Shown: positions 50,617 through 62,521, numbered from the whole stretch's first letter. The stretch is DNA of 63,904 nucleotides, filler included, from Licmophora abbreviata (GCA_900291995.1; 14 parts of 14 records of this genome joined end to end with filler, not necessarily neighbours in it), one strand, 5' to 3'. Translations and numbers: made by a program. The notes: a model not told the origin generated them from the sequence alone.

Positions 50617-52261
50617 TTAACTCCCTTCCATCAGTTCTGAAAGTATCGAGATGACTGACTGAAGGCCAAACACGAATCCGTGATCACCTCCAGCCTCCCG
50701 ACGCGAGTGTCCTAGATCGATCATCTTAAGCGTAGTGTTACCCTGACGCTCGCTGTCGCCTTCGTAGACAATCAACAGCGAGCTTGCATAAAAACAGAAG
50801 CTGCGGTTGTCGTCGAACCACCCATGAAGGCGTCGCGCAAGCGTTACCAGGTTGGATATGTCATGGGTTCGTATCTTGGNNNNNNNNNNNNNNNNNNNNN
50901 NNNNNNNNNNNNNNNNNNNNNNNTTAATTAATTAANNNNNNNNNNNNNNNNNNNNNNNNNNNNNNNNNNNNNNNNNNNNATGTCATGGGTTCGTATCTTG
51001 GTCGTCGAATCGGGCACATCCTGACCATTTTCGGCAGCGTCTGTTTCTTTCTCCTTGGTGTCTGGCTCGGGTTCATACCCCTCAGGTATTCCAGCACTAA
51101 AGAACATCTGAAATGCATTCAGAATTTCTTCTCTCGACGTAAGGGTCCTGCCGTACGGCTTACCAACATAGCGAAATCCATGCTCGTTGGCTTCTGGATG
51201 AGTGGGCTCATAGTATCGCATCCCGACAATACGGAAACCAAACGTTGCCTGCTGTGGATACTTGGTATATTCTCTGGTTCGTTTGTCCTCCGATGCATCC
51301 GGCTCGTAGGTTTGCTGGCCAATCTTGATGTCCATGACGCAAGGTTTGGAATAACTCGCCGTCACATCGGACAACAACAAGTACGAATCATCACCAATCG
51401 CTGATGCAGATTCGGGAATCGAATCAGGATGATCACGAATCCCGATACTATCCTTTACAACACCAAAATACTGTGGTGTAAAGTTGGACAGTCGACCAAG
51501 CAAGTCAATTTCTCGTTTTGTTGCCTTCCAGGAGCCGACGAGCGCTTCCTCGGACGCCGCGACCTCAGAATCCTTGAGAAAAATAGCCATCCACATTGCC
51601 AGCAGATCAACAGAGCCCATAACTGACTCTTTCCATGTCTTCTGCTGCTGTGATAAGGACCCTCCTTTCCTTATTGACGTCTCTTCTCGCCCCGCGATGG
51701 CGGCCGCAACTTGGCCATATCCAGCTCCATTCTGCGATGCCAGTCGAATGGACTCGTAAAAGGCTACTTCTCGGTATCCTCTATGATCAGAGTGCAGCGG
51801 TTTCATAACATAATCAGGACGCATGGTCAAAACAGGCCTCCGTTTGTTCGATATACCTCCGACCTGTCCCTCCATGGCTTTCACACTGCTGCTGTCGGAA
51901 GCATGGCAGGACAGCCACTTGAAGGCCCGCCCTATGGCTCGATTGAGAATCGTCAGTTTCACAGACTCATCCTCTATATCGATCTGGAAGTAGAAAATTG
52001 AGGCTTGCAAGTGAGAGACGCTCCGTGGGTGGCTCTTCTGCAGTGTCCGAGAAGCACAGTAGTGTTTCTCCGCCGATCTTTATTGGCGTGACGCACGCGA
52101 ACGAGCTCTCTTACCAATGGTCCTCCATTGAGGAAGCGCCGTGCTCTTTCGGCTGCCTCTCGGGCTCGTTTTCGAGCTCTCCACTGAAGCAACCGCAATG
52201 TACAGACAGTCAGTGTGGACGAGGCTAGCAGAGCTACGGCAGTGGAGCGTGACGGCGCCAT
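50617..52261 (-). CDS. Inositol polyphosphate kinase (IPK superfamily, IPMK/IP6K-like)
   Basis: QVGG, REVAFYE, PCVMDIKIG (PxxxDxKxG), FGFRIVGM. Beyond the gap: FYASSLLIVYEG, KMIDLGH, DHGFVFGL, stop at 50617. Probable exon 1 from 52261 with intron 51984-52114. Confidence 0.9.
50880..50979. other. Artificial assembly spacer between overlapping contig ends
   Basis: N44-TTAATTAATTAA-N44. The 22-mer atgtcatgggttcgtatcttgg is present on both flanks. Confidence 0.98.
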
Positions 52262-52596
52262 CGTAACGTCGTCCTTGTCATGGTTCAATGCTGACAAGTT
52301 CGTCAAGTCTACCAGAAAGTGCTAACACTGCCTCGCGAGCTAAAATCGCGATATGTCTGTCGGTCTGCCTGTCTGTCTGACCAATCGATCAAACAAACTG
52401 TGGCTCTCACGCGCCGCGTGTCGAGCGTCCATGGTAGAGCTACAACACTGTGCCAGTACCTGGTATCAACTGCAAAGTCGTCGAGGGTCCTCTGTTACAT
52501 GCATTGATCTAGCTGCGCCACGAGACTGCGCCCACGATGACGCAATTCGTCTACACGGGACTAACGAGCTGCAGTTAATCTTACCGAACTTCCTTA

Positions 52597-53962
52597 TCAC
52601 TTTTTCCCACGCCCCGCTCCATATTCGCTTGCGGCTACAGTTGTCTCCTCTTTTCTATTTTTCTTCTTTCCTTTTCCTTCTTCCTCCTCGTCCACGGCTA
52701 GACGACCATCAAAATCGACGTCCATCTCCTCTCCATAGCCTCCGTCGTATCCCGATACGGAAACTCCCTGCAACACAGACCTTGACTCTTGTCTTCGTGC
52801 AGCTAGAACAATGGAAACGGCATTGCCGGGAGCTTCAGTCGTTTCAGCCTGGGAATCAGAGAGTCCCGTGAAGATGGACCCTTTCACAGGTTTCTTATTT
52901 CCACCGCGGGGCGGCGCGGGTGCCTGCGAGGATGGGACGTATCTACCCGCATCTTTGAAAATGTCGTCGTCGCTCTCCTCGTCCACTTCAGGTCGGTTCG
53001 CGCTTACTGACTCATCATGGCCATTTTGTCCAACACTAGAATTGAGTTCGCTATTGCTTTTCATCTTTTCATCCTGCGCCCGGGAAGACAGTGTCTGCCG
53101 TATCCTTGCAAGTAAATCGTTGTCCAGAGGCGTCGCAACACTACGAATAGAATCCAACTCGCCACCTGCACGCGTTGTTTCATAGGGCACCTCCCAGGAC
53201 CTTATCCTATCGCCCGGATTGTCCATGGTGGAGAACGTCAAGTGTGACCGCTGGATTGCATAACCGGCAGGGCTTTGTGATACGCCTACGCTGGACAATG
53301 GAGCTGGCGGTAGGTGCACACTCTGTAGATACGAAAGCATGTCTCGCCCCAGAGATGTCGACACAGTCCCTGAAACGGCCTGCTCTAGGAAGTTCTGTGC
53401 ATCTTGTCTCGTTTCAGAAAGGCTCCTCGACGGACCTTCGCCGTTCTGCCTTCGTTTCGCGTCTTGCAAGACTTGTTCGAGGTCTGGCTCTCCTGAGACA
53501 CCTTCACTATTTCGTCCCATTTCCCGCTTGAGCTTGCGCACGAGAGCTACATCGAGGCCCTTGACGAGATGTGTATGCTCTTCATCACCCCCAAGATATT
53601 TAGAAAGCGTGGTCCTGTCCATTACCCCATCTTCGGCTGCCGCTGCGACTCCTTCCAAGAGTGATTTCGTGCCATCATAGTCAACATTCTTGCCTTCGCG
53701 CCGTTCCTTGGCCCGATCTCGGTACTTGCTGTCATGTTCCTGTTGCTTTCGTCTCCTTTGTGCCGCTGCTGGAACCATCAGCGAATCCCGCGGGCGACGT
53801 TTCTCCCGGACATTGTCGTCGTCGCTGTCGCTTTCGGAGGCTCGTTTCTTTCGTTTCGAGTCACGACGAAACTCTTCCTCGACGGCCTCACGTGCAATCT
53901 CTTTTGTCGTCTTTTCTCTGGTGCGCTCTTGGACCAAAGGCTCGAAAAGCTTCATTGTCCAT
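52597..53962 (-). CDS. RED/IK (SMU2-like) spliceosomal protein, with probable 1-nt frameshift at 53936-53938
   Basis: KYRDRAKERREG, SKYLGGDEEHTHLVKGLD.AL, DDDIF.DAG.Y.P. Removing one T gives the N-terminus MDNEAFRALVQER. Confidence 0.85.
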
Positions 53963-54457
53963 GGTATAAAGGTGACTTAGTGGACAGTGTAGCAGAGAAA
54001 AAGGAGAGACGAGAGTGGCCGTTCGATTTGCCATGATGCATGTTGAATGTGGTCGCATGGATGTCGTCGTCGAGCAGGGTCACTCGGAGTCGTCAAGTCG
54101 AGTAAGTCGAATCAGTCTCCTTGTCGTACAGACATGCAGCCTGGCGCGCCAAAAACGGACGCCACAGCGAGTGCAATGCTGGCGTGCGCGTCGCGCCAAA
54201 TCAGCAACATCGAAGCATCGAAACGTCACCCCCTTACACAGAGTCAGATGATGCATCAGTAAGCAAATTGAAGCTGAGTTAGTGTGCTGTGTGATGAATT
54301 TCAACATAAGCTACTCATTCTTGCCAGCATAGCACAGTCGACACTGTTATCTTGCAGTCGGAGTACTTCGTCTTCAGCTCTTGCTCGATTCCGAGACGAC
54401 ATCATCGTCCTAGCTACCGCATCAGCAAGTGAGAATTTCGAAAAAGGAGGCGTGGCG

Positions 54458-55507
54458 ATGACAGAAAAGGCTTTGCTAGAAGACATGGCGGCTTCTTTGC
54501 GGTCGACAACGACTCATCAGACTGGGAAAACCATTCTCATTACAGGTTCCAACAGCGGCATAGGCCTATACGCATCGAAATTGCTGCATGCAATGAACCC
54601 AATGCATCGTCTCATACTGGTGGCGCGTTCCATGGAAAAGGCAGAGTATGCGAGAAAGCAAATCATGATGGATGACCCAGTTTCAAGCTCTATCATCATT
54701 CCCATGGCTTGCGATCAATCTTCTCTTCAAAGTATTCATGACTTTTGTGCCGAGCTGCGACGCAAATTTGACAATGACGCGGCCACTATTGATGCTCTTT
54801 GCCTTAACGCCGCCACGTTGGCCAAGACGAACGAGCCCGAGTTTACAGAGGACGGCATGGAGGTGACATTTCAAACGAATCACCTAGCACCGTTCCTCAT
54901 TTCCAACTTGATTCATGACTTGATTGACCCACAGGGGAGAATTGTGGTGACAGGCAGTGGACTGCACCGAGGACCGACGTTTGAATCGTTTTGTGGAATG
55001 ACGGAGGCACCAAACTCACAGGTCGCCAAAAAGGGTTTTGCGACTATCAACGGCAGTGACTTTCAGTACAAGGCGTCGTACGCGGCTTCCAAATTGTGCA
55101 ACATGGCCTTCACTTTGGCACTCAATAGACGACTTCAAAAAGAAGTTGCTGGAACTCGTGTGGCAAACTGCTTTACTCCAGGTCTCATACCAGAGAGTGG
55201 ACTGTTCCGCAACCAAAATCCATATCTGCTTATGGCTTTCTCCTTTGTCATGAAGCATGTCGTCAAGGGTAGCACGACCGTTGAATGGGGTGGAGGGGCT
55301 CTTGCGTGGATGGCAATATCAGATGAGGCAGGGAAACAGGGCGGCGAGTACTGGGCGGCACCTATGGGAGCGTCGCGAAAAGGTGCCAAGTACGGAAACG
55401 AGTTTTGTCCATCCGAAATAGCCGAGGAGGCTCTGAACGAAGAAAACCAAGAACGACTCTGGGAGCTCTCTGCCCAACTAGCTAATATTCCAGGAACAAC
55501 TCTGTAG
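54458..55507 (+). CDS. Short-chain dehydrogenase/reductase (protochlorophyllide-reductase/retinol-dehydrogenase-like)
   Basis: ITGSNSGIG, LNAA, DGMEVTFQTNHLAPFL, YAASKLCN, PGLIPESGLFR, G.YW, LWELS. Confidence 0.9.
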   Translation: MTEKALLEDMAASLRSTTTHQTGKTILITGSNSGIGLYASKLLHAMNPMHRLILVARSMEKAEYARKQIMMDDPVSSSIIIPMACDQSSLQSIHDFCAELRRKFDNDAATIDALCLNAATLAKTNEPEFTEDGMEVTFQTNHLAPFLISNLIHDLIDPQGRIVVTGSGLHRGPTFESFCGMTEAPNSQVAKKGFATINGSDFQYKASYAASKLCNMAFTLALNRRLQKEVAGTRVANCFTPGLIPESGLFRNQNPYLLMAFSFVMKHVVKGSTTVEWGGGALAWMAISDEAGKQGGEYWAAPMGASRKGAKYGNEFCPSEIAEEALNEENQERLWELSAQLANIPGTTL

Positions 55508-55538
55508 ATAACATAAAAATCCTTGGAATCAGACTCTG

Positions 55539-57126
55539 CTATCCAAATCGAGCCATCGCAGCGGCTGCCATGAGCTCACGCTTATGCTTCTGGACACAGT
55601 CGGCGCTACAATACACATAATCGAGTCGCTGGAACATCTGCGAGCGACGCTTCCCCTTGCATACCTTCTGACAAAAGTCGCAGACATTTGTAGCGCCCGT
55701 TGACTTCGGTTGCAGTCCGTCACGCACTCTTCTGGAATCTTCTTCTTGTTTCCGCCTATCCTCTTCTTCCTTTCTTCTCTGCTCCATCGCTTCTGCCTGT
55801 GCCTTTTCTCTCGATTTCTTTTCTTTTTGTCGAGCTCTTTGTCGACGTTTCTTCTCAGCCGCCTTTTCCTTCTTTCGTTCGACATCGTCTTCTGTCAAAG
55901 CGGGGCCCACCTTTGCCCCGTCGTCCCATGGCCAACACTCTTCCCCTAGAGTCGCCCGTGCCCGACGAAAGGCATCCCGGATCTTATCATGGGATGCCAA
56001 AAAGTATGNNNNNNNNNNNNNNNNNNNNNNNNNNNNNNNNNNNNNNNNNNNNTTAATTAATTAANNNNNNNNNNNNNNNNNNNNNNNNNNNNNNNNNNNN
56101 NNNNNNNNGTTGCGGTCCACTCCCCTCCCCTTCAGTAGCAGACGGCTCCTCCATCAGTTTCCCACGCATCATTGTCTCATGGACGGCGTACACACTCTCA
56201 TACGACGGCCTCCCAAAATCCAACGGCACATGTCGCAACCGTTCATCGTCTCGCGCCAGGATACCTTTTTCAAACAACTGCCTGCGCATGGTCTTCGGAC
56301 AGCTCCACAAGATGACCGCTGCATTCGCAAGATGGGCCTTCCACTCCAACAATGCATTCTGCACGTCTTGTTGCAATTGTTCTTCTCCAGCACGTCGCAG
56401 TTGCGCCCCCACGCTTTGAGCCTTGCGTTTGGAAGTATCCTGCGAGGACTGAGCTTTACCCTGGCCGCGTCGGACCGTATATCGCTGAGAGGTGCGGTGC
56501 AATAGGCATTTGGCGTGTTGAAAGACTCCTCCCGCAAAGCGCCCACTGCGCAATAACAGAACGATGGCGGGTTTGTTTGTACAAAGTGCTCTCGATAAGT
56601 TCAGGAACGACCGAGCCATCACCACGTCGTTCTGAGATTGTTTGTCTGTCTTGTTCAACAGTGCAGACGCAAGTTCGAGTCGTCGAGGACGGTCATCGGC
56701 AGTGGTAGCTGCAGCAATGGAAAATGTGGTCATCGGGGGACTTTGCAGGAAGACGCGACGATGTTTCGGTTGTCGAGTCTGCTTCTTGGAATAGCCATTT
56801 TTGGAAAACCTCCTTTCAACGGGAGATTCTGCTGACTCTTCTACCTCTGTCTTTTCTTCTTCTCCTTCTGCAGGAGCTTCATCGTTCCGGTCGGAGGAGG
56901 ATGAATCACCATCCGACGATACTCCGTCGTCTTCCGAGGATGCACCATCATCGATCCGTTCTACTACCACTCTCCGATGATACGCGAGCGGGTCTTGCGA
57001 TTTCTCCCGCTCTTCTGCAGTGTTCCACGCCCGCTCGAGCCACGCCACGCACTCGGCCGAGTGCAGCGCCAGTACTAGCGTCACGCCGACATTCTGTTTG
57101 GACGACGACGAGCCATCATCGGTCAT
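55539..57126 (-). CDS. VMS1: Vms1/ANKZF1 ribosome quality-control factor (VLRF1 domain; spans a gap)
   Basis: LLRSGRFAGGVF..H...RYTVRRGQGKAQSSQD..SVGAQLRR. C-terminal coiled coil and CDFC..F..LDY.YCS..CV..H treble clef. Confidence 0.9.
56009..56108. other. Artificial assembly spacer
   Basis: N44-TTAATTAATTAA-N44. Confidence 0.98.
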
Positions 57127-57553
57127 CACGGCTTATACTAGCTGATTTTCAATCTTTCGACGTTAGTTCTCCAAGTCAGCCTTGTCAGTTGATACTTCTT
57201 GGAGCTACAGGACTGTGGTGCAACGAGCTTGCCCTCTCACCGTCGCCAACAGAGCTTCTACAGCAACCACAAGTGCAAGGCACACACACGAATGGTGTGC
57301 CGCCGTCGCCGCACAGTTTTGTGAGCGAAATCGAATATCAGCGAAGATTGACGGACGAGGGACAGACTCCCAGGTGACGAAGTGATGTTTACCGCTTACT
57401 TCTATAGTAGAAGAATACGTAGAACATGTACTACCTCTACGCGACACACTCTCCCTGCCGCATCTTTTCGACACGTTGACCCACCCTTTTTCGCAGTGTG
57501 TTGTTGCTATTGTTTGGCTTGTTTACTGAATAAGAGAAAGCAGAGATTCCATC

Positions 57554-58296
57554 ATGGTGCGACCAATTCATGTGTTTCAACGTAGAAGGAGAGAAGATGA
57601 CGGGCTGGTAAAAGAGAAAGCGAGAAACGTCGACAAATGCGCCCCGTCATGGTCGTTCAGCAATCGTCGATCCACTCGACTACATGGACTTGGTGTGGCC
57701 ACTGTGTGGTCGTCATGGAGGCGACACTCTAGCTGTGTGCAGGCTGCATGAATGGAAAAGCCGTTGTCATTCTTTGCTGGAGGTTGGAATGCTGCTGAAC
57801 GGGAAGATTACATGGCCGAGGGCTTCAGGATGTGCCTAGGACGGGAGTTCGAAACCGCCTTTCCCCCCCAAAACCGGAACGACCCTCTTCTCACACCTTC
57901 CGCTTCTCTCTCAATTCCGTTCTGTAGGGTGTTCGTACGAAGACTGTCAAAAAGAGCGCTCGCGCCATTGTCGAAAAGTATTACACTCGTCTCACTTTGG
58001 ATTTCCATACCAACAAGCGCGTGGTCGACGAGGTTGCCATTCTGCCATCGAAGCGTATGCGCAACAAGATTGCTGGATACACGACCCACTTGATGCGCCG
58101 TATTGACAAAGGACCAGTCCGTGGTATCTCTCTCAAGCTGCAAGAAGAAGAACGTGAACGACGATTGGATTTTGTGCCGGAAGTGTCTGCTTTGGAGCAA
58201 GAGACGATTCAGATTGACCCCGATACGCGGGACATGTTGGAGAGTCTGGGATATGGAAGCTTGAGTGGTGTTGCGGTCAACCAGCCTCGTGATTAA
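57554..58296 (+). CDS. RPS17: 40S ribosomal protein S17 (eS17)
   Basis: ATG 57554-57556, intron 57557-57927, [56 protein letters not shown]. Confidence 0.95.
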
Positions 58297-58318
58297 ATAT
58301 CTAGAGTAGCTATGTTAG

Positions 58319-59835
58319 TCACTCGATAGTATCCTGTCGGGGGCCGGCGAAGAGGATCATCTCGTCCAGACTCAGTTCCAACCACGTAACTCGCGGCAGG
58401 GGAGCTATTCGTCTATAGGCGTCATTTGAGAAGTCGTCGCCTAGTTGGAATGTTCCAAGACGGACACCATTGATGCCGTGAAAGGATCGAGCAACTTCTG
58501 TGAGATTCATGATCAATATGTGGTCCTTCAATCGACTTGCTTCTCCGGCCATAACGACAAGCAGGTCGGGTGCTTCAACCAGACTCGTGTTTGCGAAACA
58601 TTCGTCCTCAGAAGCCGCACAAGACGAGCCAACCTCCCGTACAGGCAGATCTTGACTCGGCCTATGAAATGCAAGATAGTTTGATTCCACGAAGCCTTCT
58701 GGATCCAGGTGAAACCGTTCGCTCTCACATTGTTGCTCGTTCTCTTGACGGCAGCCCGGAGAGCAGTCCAGTGTCCAAGCATCAAATAAGATGCCGGGAA
58801 TATGTAAGTGACTGTAAAGGGGGGTTGCGTGGCACCCGAGGAGGTAGTGTACAGTGTAGCTCCCCTGGGTGGAAGTACTCATGTTGGAGACGTGTTTGCG
58901 AATTTGTCGCTGAATGTCAACAGGAGCTCGTTGGTGCCACATGCCCAGATACGCAAGGGCAAGTGCATTCGGGACTGCAAACAAGCAAACGACAGCCACT
59001 TGGGACATTCTGCCATTTGCTTTCCTCTGGAAGCTTCCATTGCACATCAGTCTTGCCAGGACGCATCCTGACCGGACACAAAAGAGTGGAAGTAGAGGGA
59101 GCAAGAATCGGAACTCCTTGTGGGCCGAAAAGGAATGAAGAGCGTGTAGGATCCAATCACAGTCCATATGTTACGCTGGGCGGTTGTGCAGCGAGCGGTG
59201 CGGCACTCCCACGCGTCGTAGAGGAGCAAGGGTAACAGGAGTCCAGTAACAGCGGGAAAGCCACTTGAGACGTACCAGTGGACAGGATGTGTACCATACA
59301 GCGACCCCTGACCTATGGAATAGAAGTATAGAAAGTCGAAGTAAAGGTTGTTGAGCCGGCGCTTGCCGTAGGTCATCCGGTATGCAGAGACTGATTTGAC
59401 ATACCTAACAGGACATTGAAATGCAAGCTACCCAGAAATGGCATGGTCCAAAAGCCGTAGAACCATCGATCCAGAGCCGTAGCAGTCACAATACCGAGCA
59501 CACCCGGCAGAGCACAGCCCAAGAATAGAACCCGGACACGTGACTTCCAGGAGGTATACTGTTGCAGAGCCATCCCGACGCCGAGCGGGACCCAGGCCGC
59601 GAGAGCAGTGAATCTGACTGCGACGCTGAGCCCGCCGAGCCAGAAAGCGACACATGTTCTGAGAAAGAAACGAGAAGAGCGTTGGTCTCCAACGAGCTCC
59701 TAACATACAGAAAGCAGAGTTAGCTTAGAACCAAGAAGGTATTGAGCGCACACATCGTAGTCACACGAAAAAGGTCGTACCCACTCACCGATGCGAGCAA
59801 CGCCATTCCGACAGCCAGCAACATGGCCTCGACAG
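58319..59835 (-). CDS. PIGB: GPI alpha-1,2-mannosyltransferase 3 (PIG-B/Gpi10), 5'-partial, with frameshift near 59143
   Basis: AVRFT..AAW.P, LDRWFYG, FNVL-G.GSLYGTHPVHWY, HKEFRFLLP, HQR, CHATPLYSHLH, LDCSP. Introns at 59313-59404 and about 59700-59788. Confidence 0.9.
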
Positions 59836-59935
59836 NNNNNNNNNNNNNNNNNNNNNNNNNNNNNNNNNNNNNNNNNNNNTTAATTAATTAANNNNNNNNN
59901 NNNNNNNNNNNNNNNNNNNNNNNNNNNNNNNNNNN
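59836..59935. other. Artificial assembly spacer
   Basis: N44-TTAATTAATTAA-N44. Confidence 0.98.
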
Positions 59936-60208
59936 CGACTCCTCCGACCGCTTTGTTCGGAATTTAGCGCGCCGACGAAAACCGCGCGCCTGCCCTCGGA
60001 ACGAGCTGCGGTTTTGCTCACAATGATGCGGCATGGATGCATTCGGTCTTTGCATCTGCGGCTGGTCGACCCGTTCCTCTGTGTGCACTCTGGCTGCTGT
60101 CACCCCCCTAACTCCTTGACAACGAAAGATCACCTTTGTCTTCCAAAGTAAAGAATTCTTCATTCGAAGTTTTGAGAAAAAATAATCAGTGTCACACAGA
60201 GAGAGGCA

Positions 60209-61072
60209 ATGTACTACCAACACGAGTACGATCGGATCGTGGAGCTCCACAAGGAGTACCCGAACGTCCTCTTGGACACGGAGTACATGAAGACCCAGCT
60301 CTTCCCAGCGATTGGGGTGGTCATTCTCGCATTCACTGCCCTATTCTTAATCTTCTACCCTCTAGTCAGCCGCCATGCCCCCGAACACACGGCTCTGCAA
60401 AAGCGCAAGGGCACGTATCAGCTCACCAACTTTTGCGTGAACCTGGGACTGGGCGTGTTGGGAGCCTACCAATTCTGTTACACCCTCCCTAGCGAACCTT
60501 CTTGCGATGAGTACATTGTGGGATCCGAGCACATGTATCCTCTCACCGCTTTGCAAATTGGATATCAGTTGTGGGCTCTGCCCGTCGGCATGTGGGTCGG
60601 AGAGTCGCCGGCCATGATGGCCCATCACGTTTCTACCATCTTTGTCGCAGGCATGGCCGGCTTCCTTACCATGGGCTTTCGCTTCTGGGCTCCCTTCTTC
60701 TTTGGTTTGATCGAGTTGAGCAGCGTCCCGCTGGCCATTATGAATACCTTCAAGGACAACGCCGCCTGGATGAAACGCTGGCCTGGTGTCTACCTGACCA
60801 TTCGCGCCACTTTTTCCTTTTCCTTTCTCTACTTGAGATGGATCATGTATGCGCCAAGGAAATTTGCATTTTTAAGACACGCCGCGTTCGTTCTTTGGAC
60901 GTCACCGAATGTGTGGTTTCAACTCTACATGTCCATCGTCTGGGTGGCGTCAGTCTTTGTTGCGTCTTTGCAGTTCTTCTGGGGTCTGCTGATTCTCAAG
61001 GGAATTGTCAAGTTTCTGTTCTTTAATAAGAAAATTAAGGTGACCAAGAAGGTGAATGGGCATCAGGATTAA
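60209..61072 (+). CDS. TLC (TRAM/LAG1/CLN8) domain membrane protein, TLCD4-like
   Basis: GYQLW, MMAHH, FFFGLIELSSVPL, FS.SFL.LR, LQFFWG.LI; lysine-rich C-terminus. Confidence 0.85.
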   Translation: MYYQHEYDRIVELHKEYPNVLLDTEYMKTQLFPAIGVVILAFTALFLIFYPLVSRHAPEHTALQKRKGTYQLTNFCVNLGLGVLGAYQFCYTLPSEPSCDEYIVGSEHMYPLTALQIGYQLWALPVGMWVGESPAMMAHHVSTIFVAGMAGFLTMGFRFWAPFFFGLIELSSVPLAIMNTFKDNAAWMKRWPGVYLTIRATFSFSFLYLRWIMYAPRKFAFLRHAAFVLWTSPNVWFQLYMSIVWVASVFVASLQFFWGLLILKGIVKFLFFNKKIKVTKKVNGHQD

Positions 61073-62163
61073 GAACAGAACGCTTTCCTGCTGAGAGATC
61101 GATTCGAACCAGCATGTGTTCCAATTTCTTCGTTTTCTGATGGAGCCAGCAAGCACCTTTTCATGTGTTGTCGGAAACTAGCTAGGAAGTAATCTAGTGG
61201 ACGTAGGATGAGAGATCTCTCGAATGGGACAGGTTGGAGGTGGTATACTTATCCGTAGCTACTGGGCATGTAGACTTTACCTCGTGCCGGTAACGTACGA
61301 TATCGGTCGACGGACATACCATACCTTTGAGGATGAGAAGAGCGCCATGCGAGACGCCGCGATGATGGCAAGAGTGAAAGCATAAAGAGAGCATCGTCTT
61401 CGTGACAATCCACCCACTTCGTTCGTCTTTCTCACCGAGAGGCTACTTCTCTGTGTACCAAAGCGGTTCTCCAGATAGTCAAGATGAATTCAAAAATAAA
61501 CACGGTCTTCTCCGCGGGGCTCGGTCGGGTATGTGTCTGTCGTCGTGGGGGCGTCTAGTATGAATCTGATGCGAGCCGTGAGAAGACAGGTCAGCTCAGA
61601 ACTATGTTGTGTCTCAACCTACCAATTCTATCCGCTTATACTACTTTGTCTTAGGGAGGAAAAGTTGCAGCATGGGCTGCAGCGATCGGAATTGTTGTGA
61701 GTAGATCTCATGTCGCGAACTCTCGCGGCATGTATACCCTTGGGCCTTTTCGTGAGTTCGTCATCACTGGTTGCGAGATCTCACCCGCCTCGCTGTGTGC
61801 GTGTACTGTAGGCTGCTTGGAACTATTACGATAACAGATCGAACGGGCAGCCGTTTACTACTCAGGAGCAAGAAGCCTGGAACAAACAAAAGAAGGGATC
61901 CGAAGCGTCACAAACGAAGTGATGGGCGTCGTCTCGATCAAATTTTTCACAATGTCATATGGACGATCTCTTCACAGCAAAATTAACTAAATCATCGCAC
62001 TGCGACAGATCCACACTAGGCTGCAGTGCTAGAGCATTAGAGTTCGAAAAGCTCTGATATGTCAGTGGTATACCCTCATTGGTCTAATTTATATCGTGTG
62101 CCGTATGTAGTAAAGTCCTTTTACAGGAAGTGTAAATGTGCAGGTTGTCTTGGTCAGAGTAAC

Positions 62164-62421
62164 TTATCCGAGAAGGTTCTCGAGGATTCCCTTTCCGTTG
62201 ACAAGCTCCTGGGCCATGAAACCGGCGGCAGCGAGCATGGCAAGGCGTCCGTTCTGGAGCTCCTTGGTGGCCATGGCCTTGTACTCAGCGGGGTCAGAAG
62301 GCTTGAGTCCAAGAGGATCAAATCCAATGTCACCGGGGTTGTAGTCAGCATTGAGAAGACCGGCCTTTCCAACAGGCACATCAGCAGGGTCAGTCCAGCC
62401 AGTGACGAGACGCTTCTGCTC
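62164..62421 (-). CDS. LHCX: LHCX (LI818-type) light-harvesting/photoprotection protein, 3' fragment
   Basis: EQKRLVTGWTDP..GLLNADYNPGDIGFDPLGLKP.DP.E...M.TKELQNGRLAMLAAAGFMAQELVNGKGILENL. Confidence 0.9.
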   Translation of the reverse strand, partial: EQKRLVTGWTDPADVPVGKAGLLNADYNPGDIGFDPLGLKPSDPAEYKAMATKELQNGRLAMLAAAGFMAQELVNGKGILENLLG

Positions 62422-62521
62422 NNNNNNNNNNNNNNNNNNNNNNNNNNNNNNNNNNNNNNNNNNNNTTAATTAATTAANNNNNNNNNNNNNNNNNNNNNNN
62501 NNNNNNNNNNNNNNNNNNNNN
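62422..62521. other. Artificial assembly spacer
   Basis: N44-TTAATTAATTAA-N44. Confidence 0.98.

Noticed and set aside
57800..57870. tRNA-like GTTCGAAACC in the eS17 intron
   Set aside because: It resembles a T-loop/B-box, but I could not build acceptor, D or anticodon stems around it.
61073..62160. Small ORFs between the TLC gene and LHCX
   Set aside because: All are short, many with non-ATG starts, and show no motifs; the longest is antisense to LHCX.
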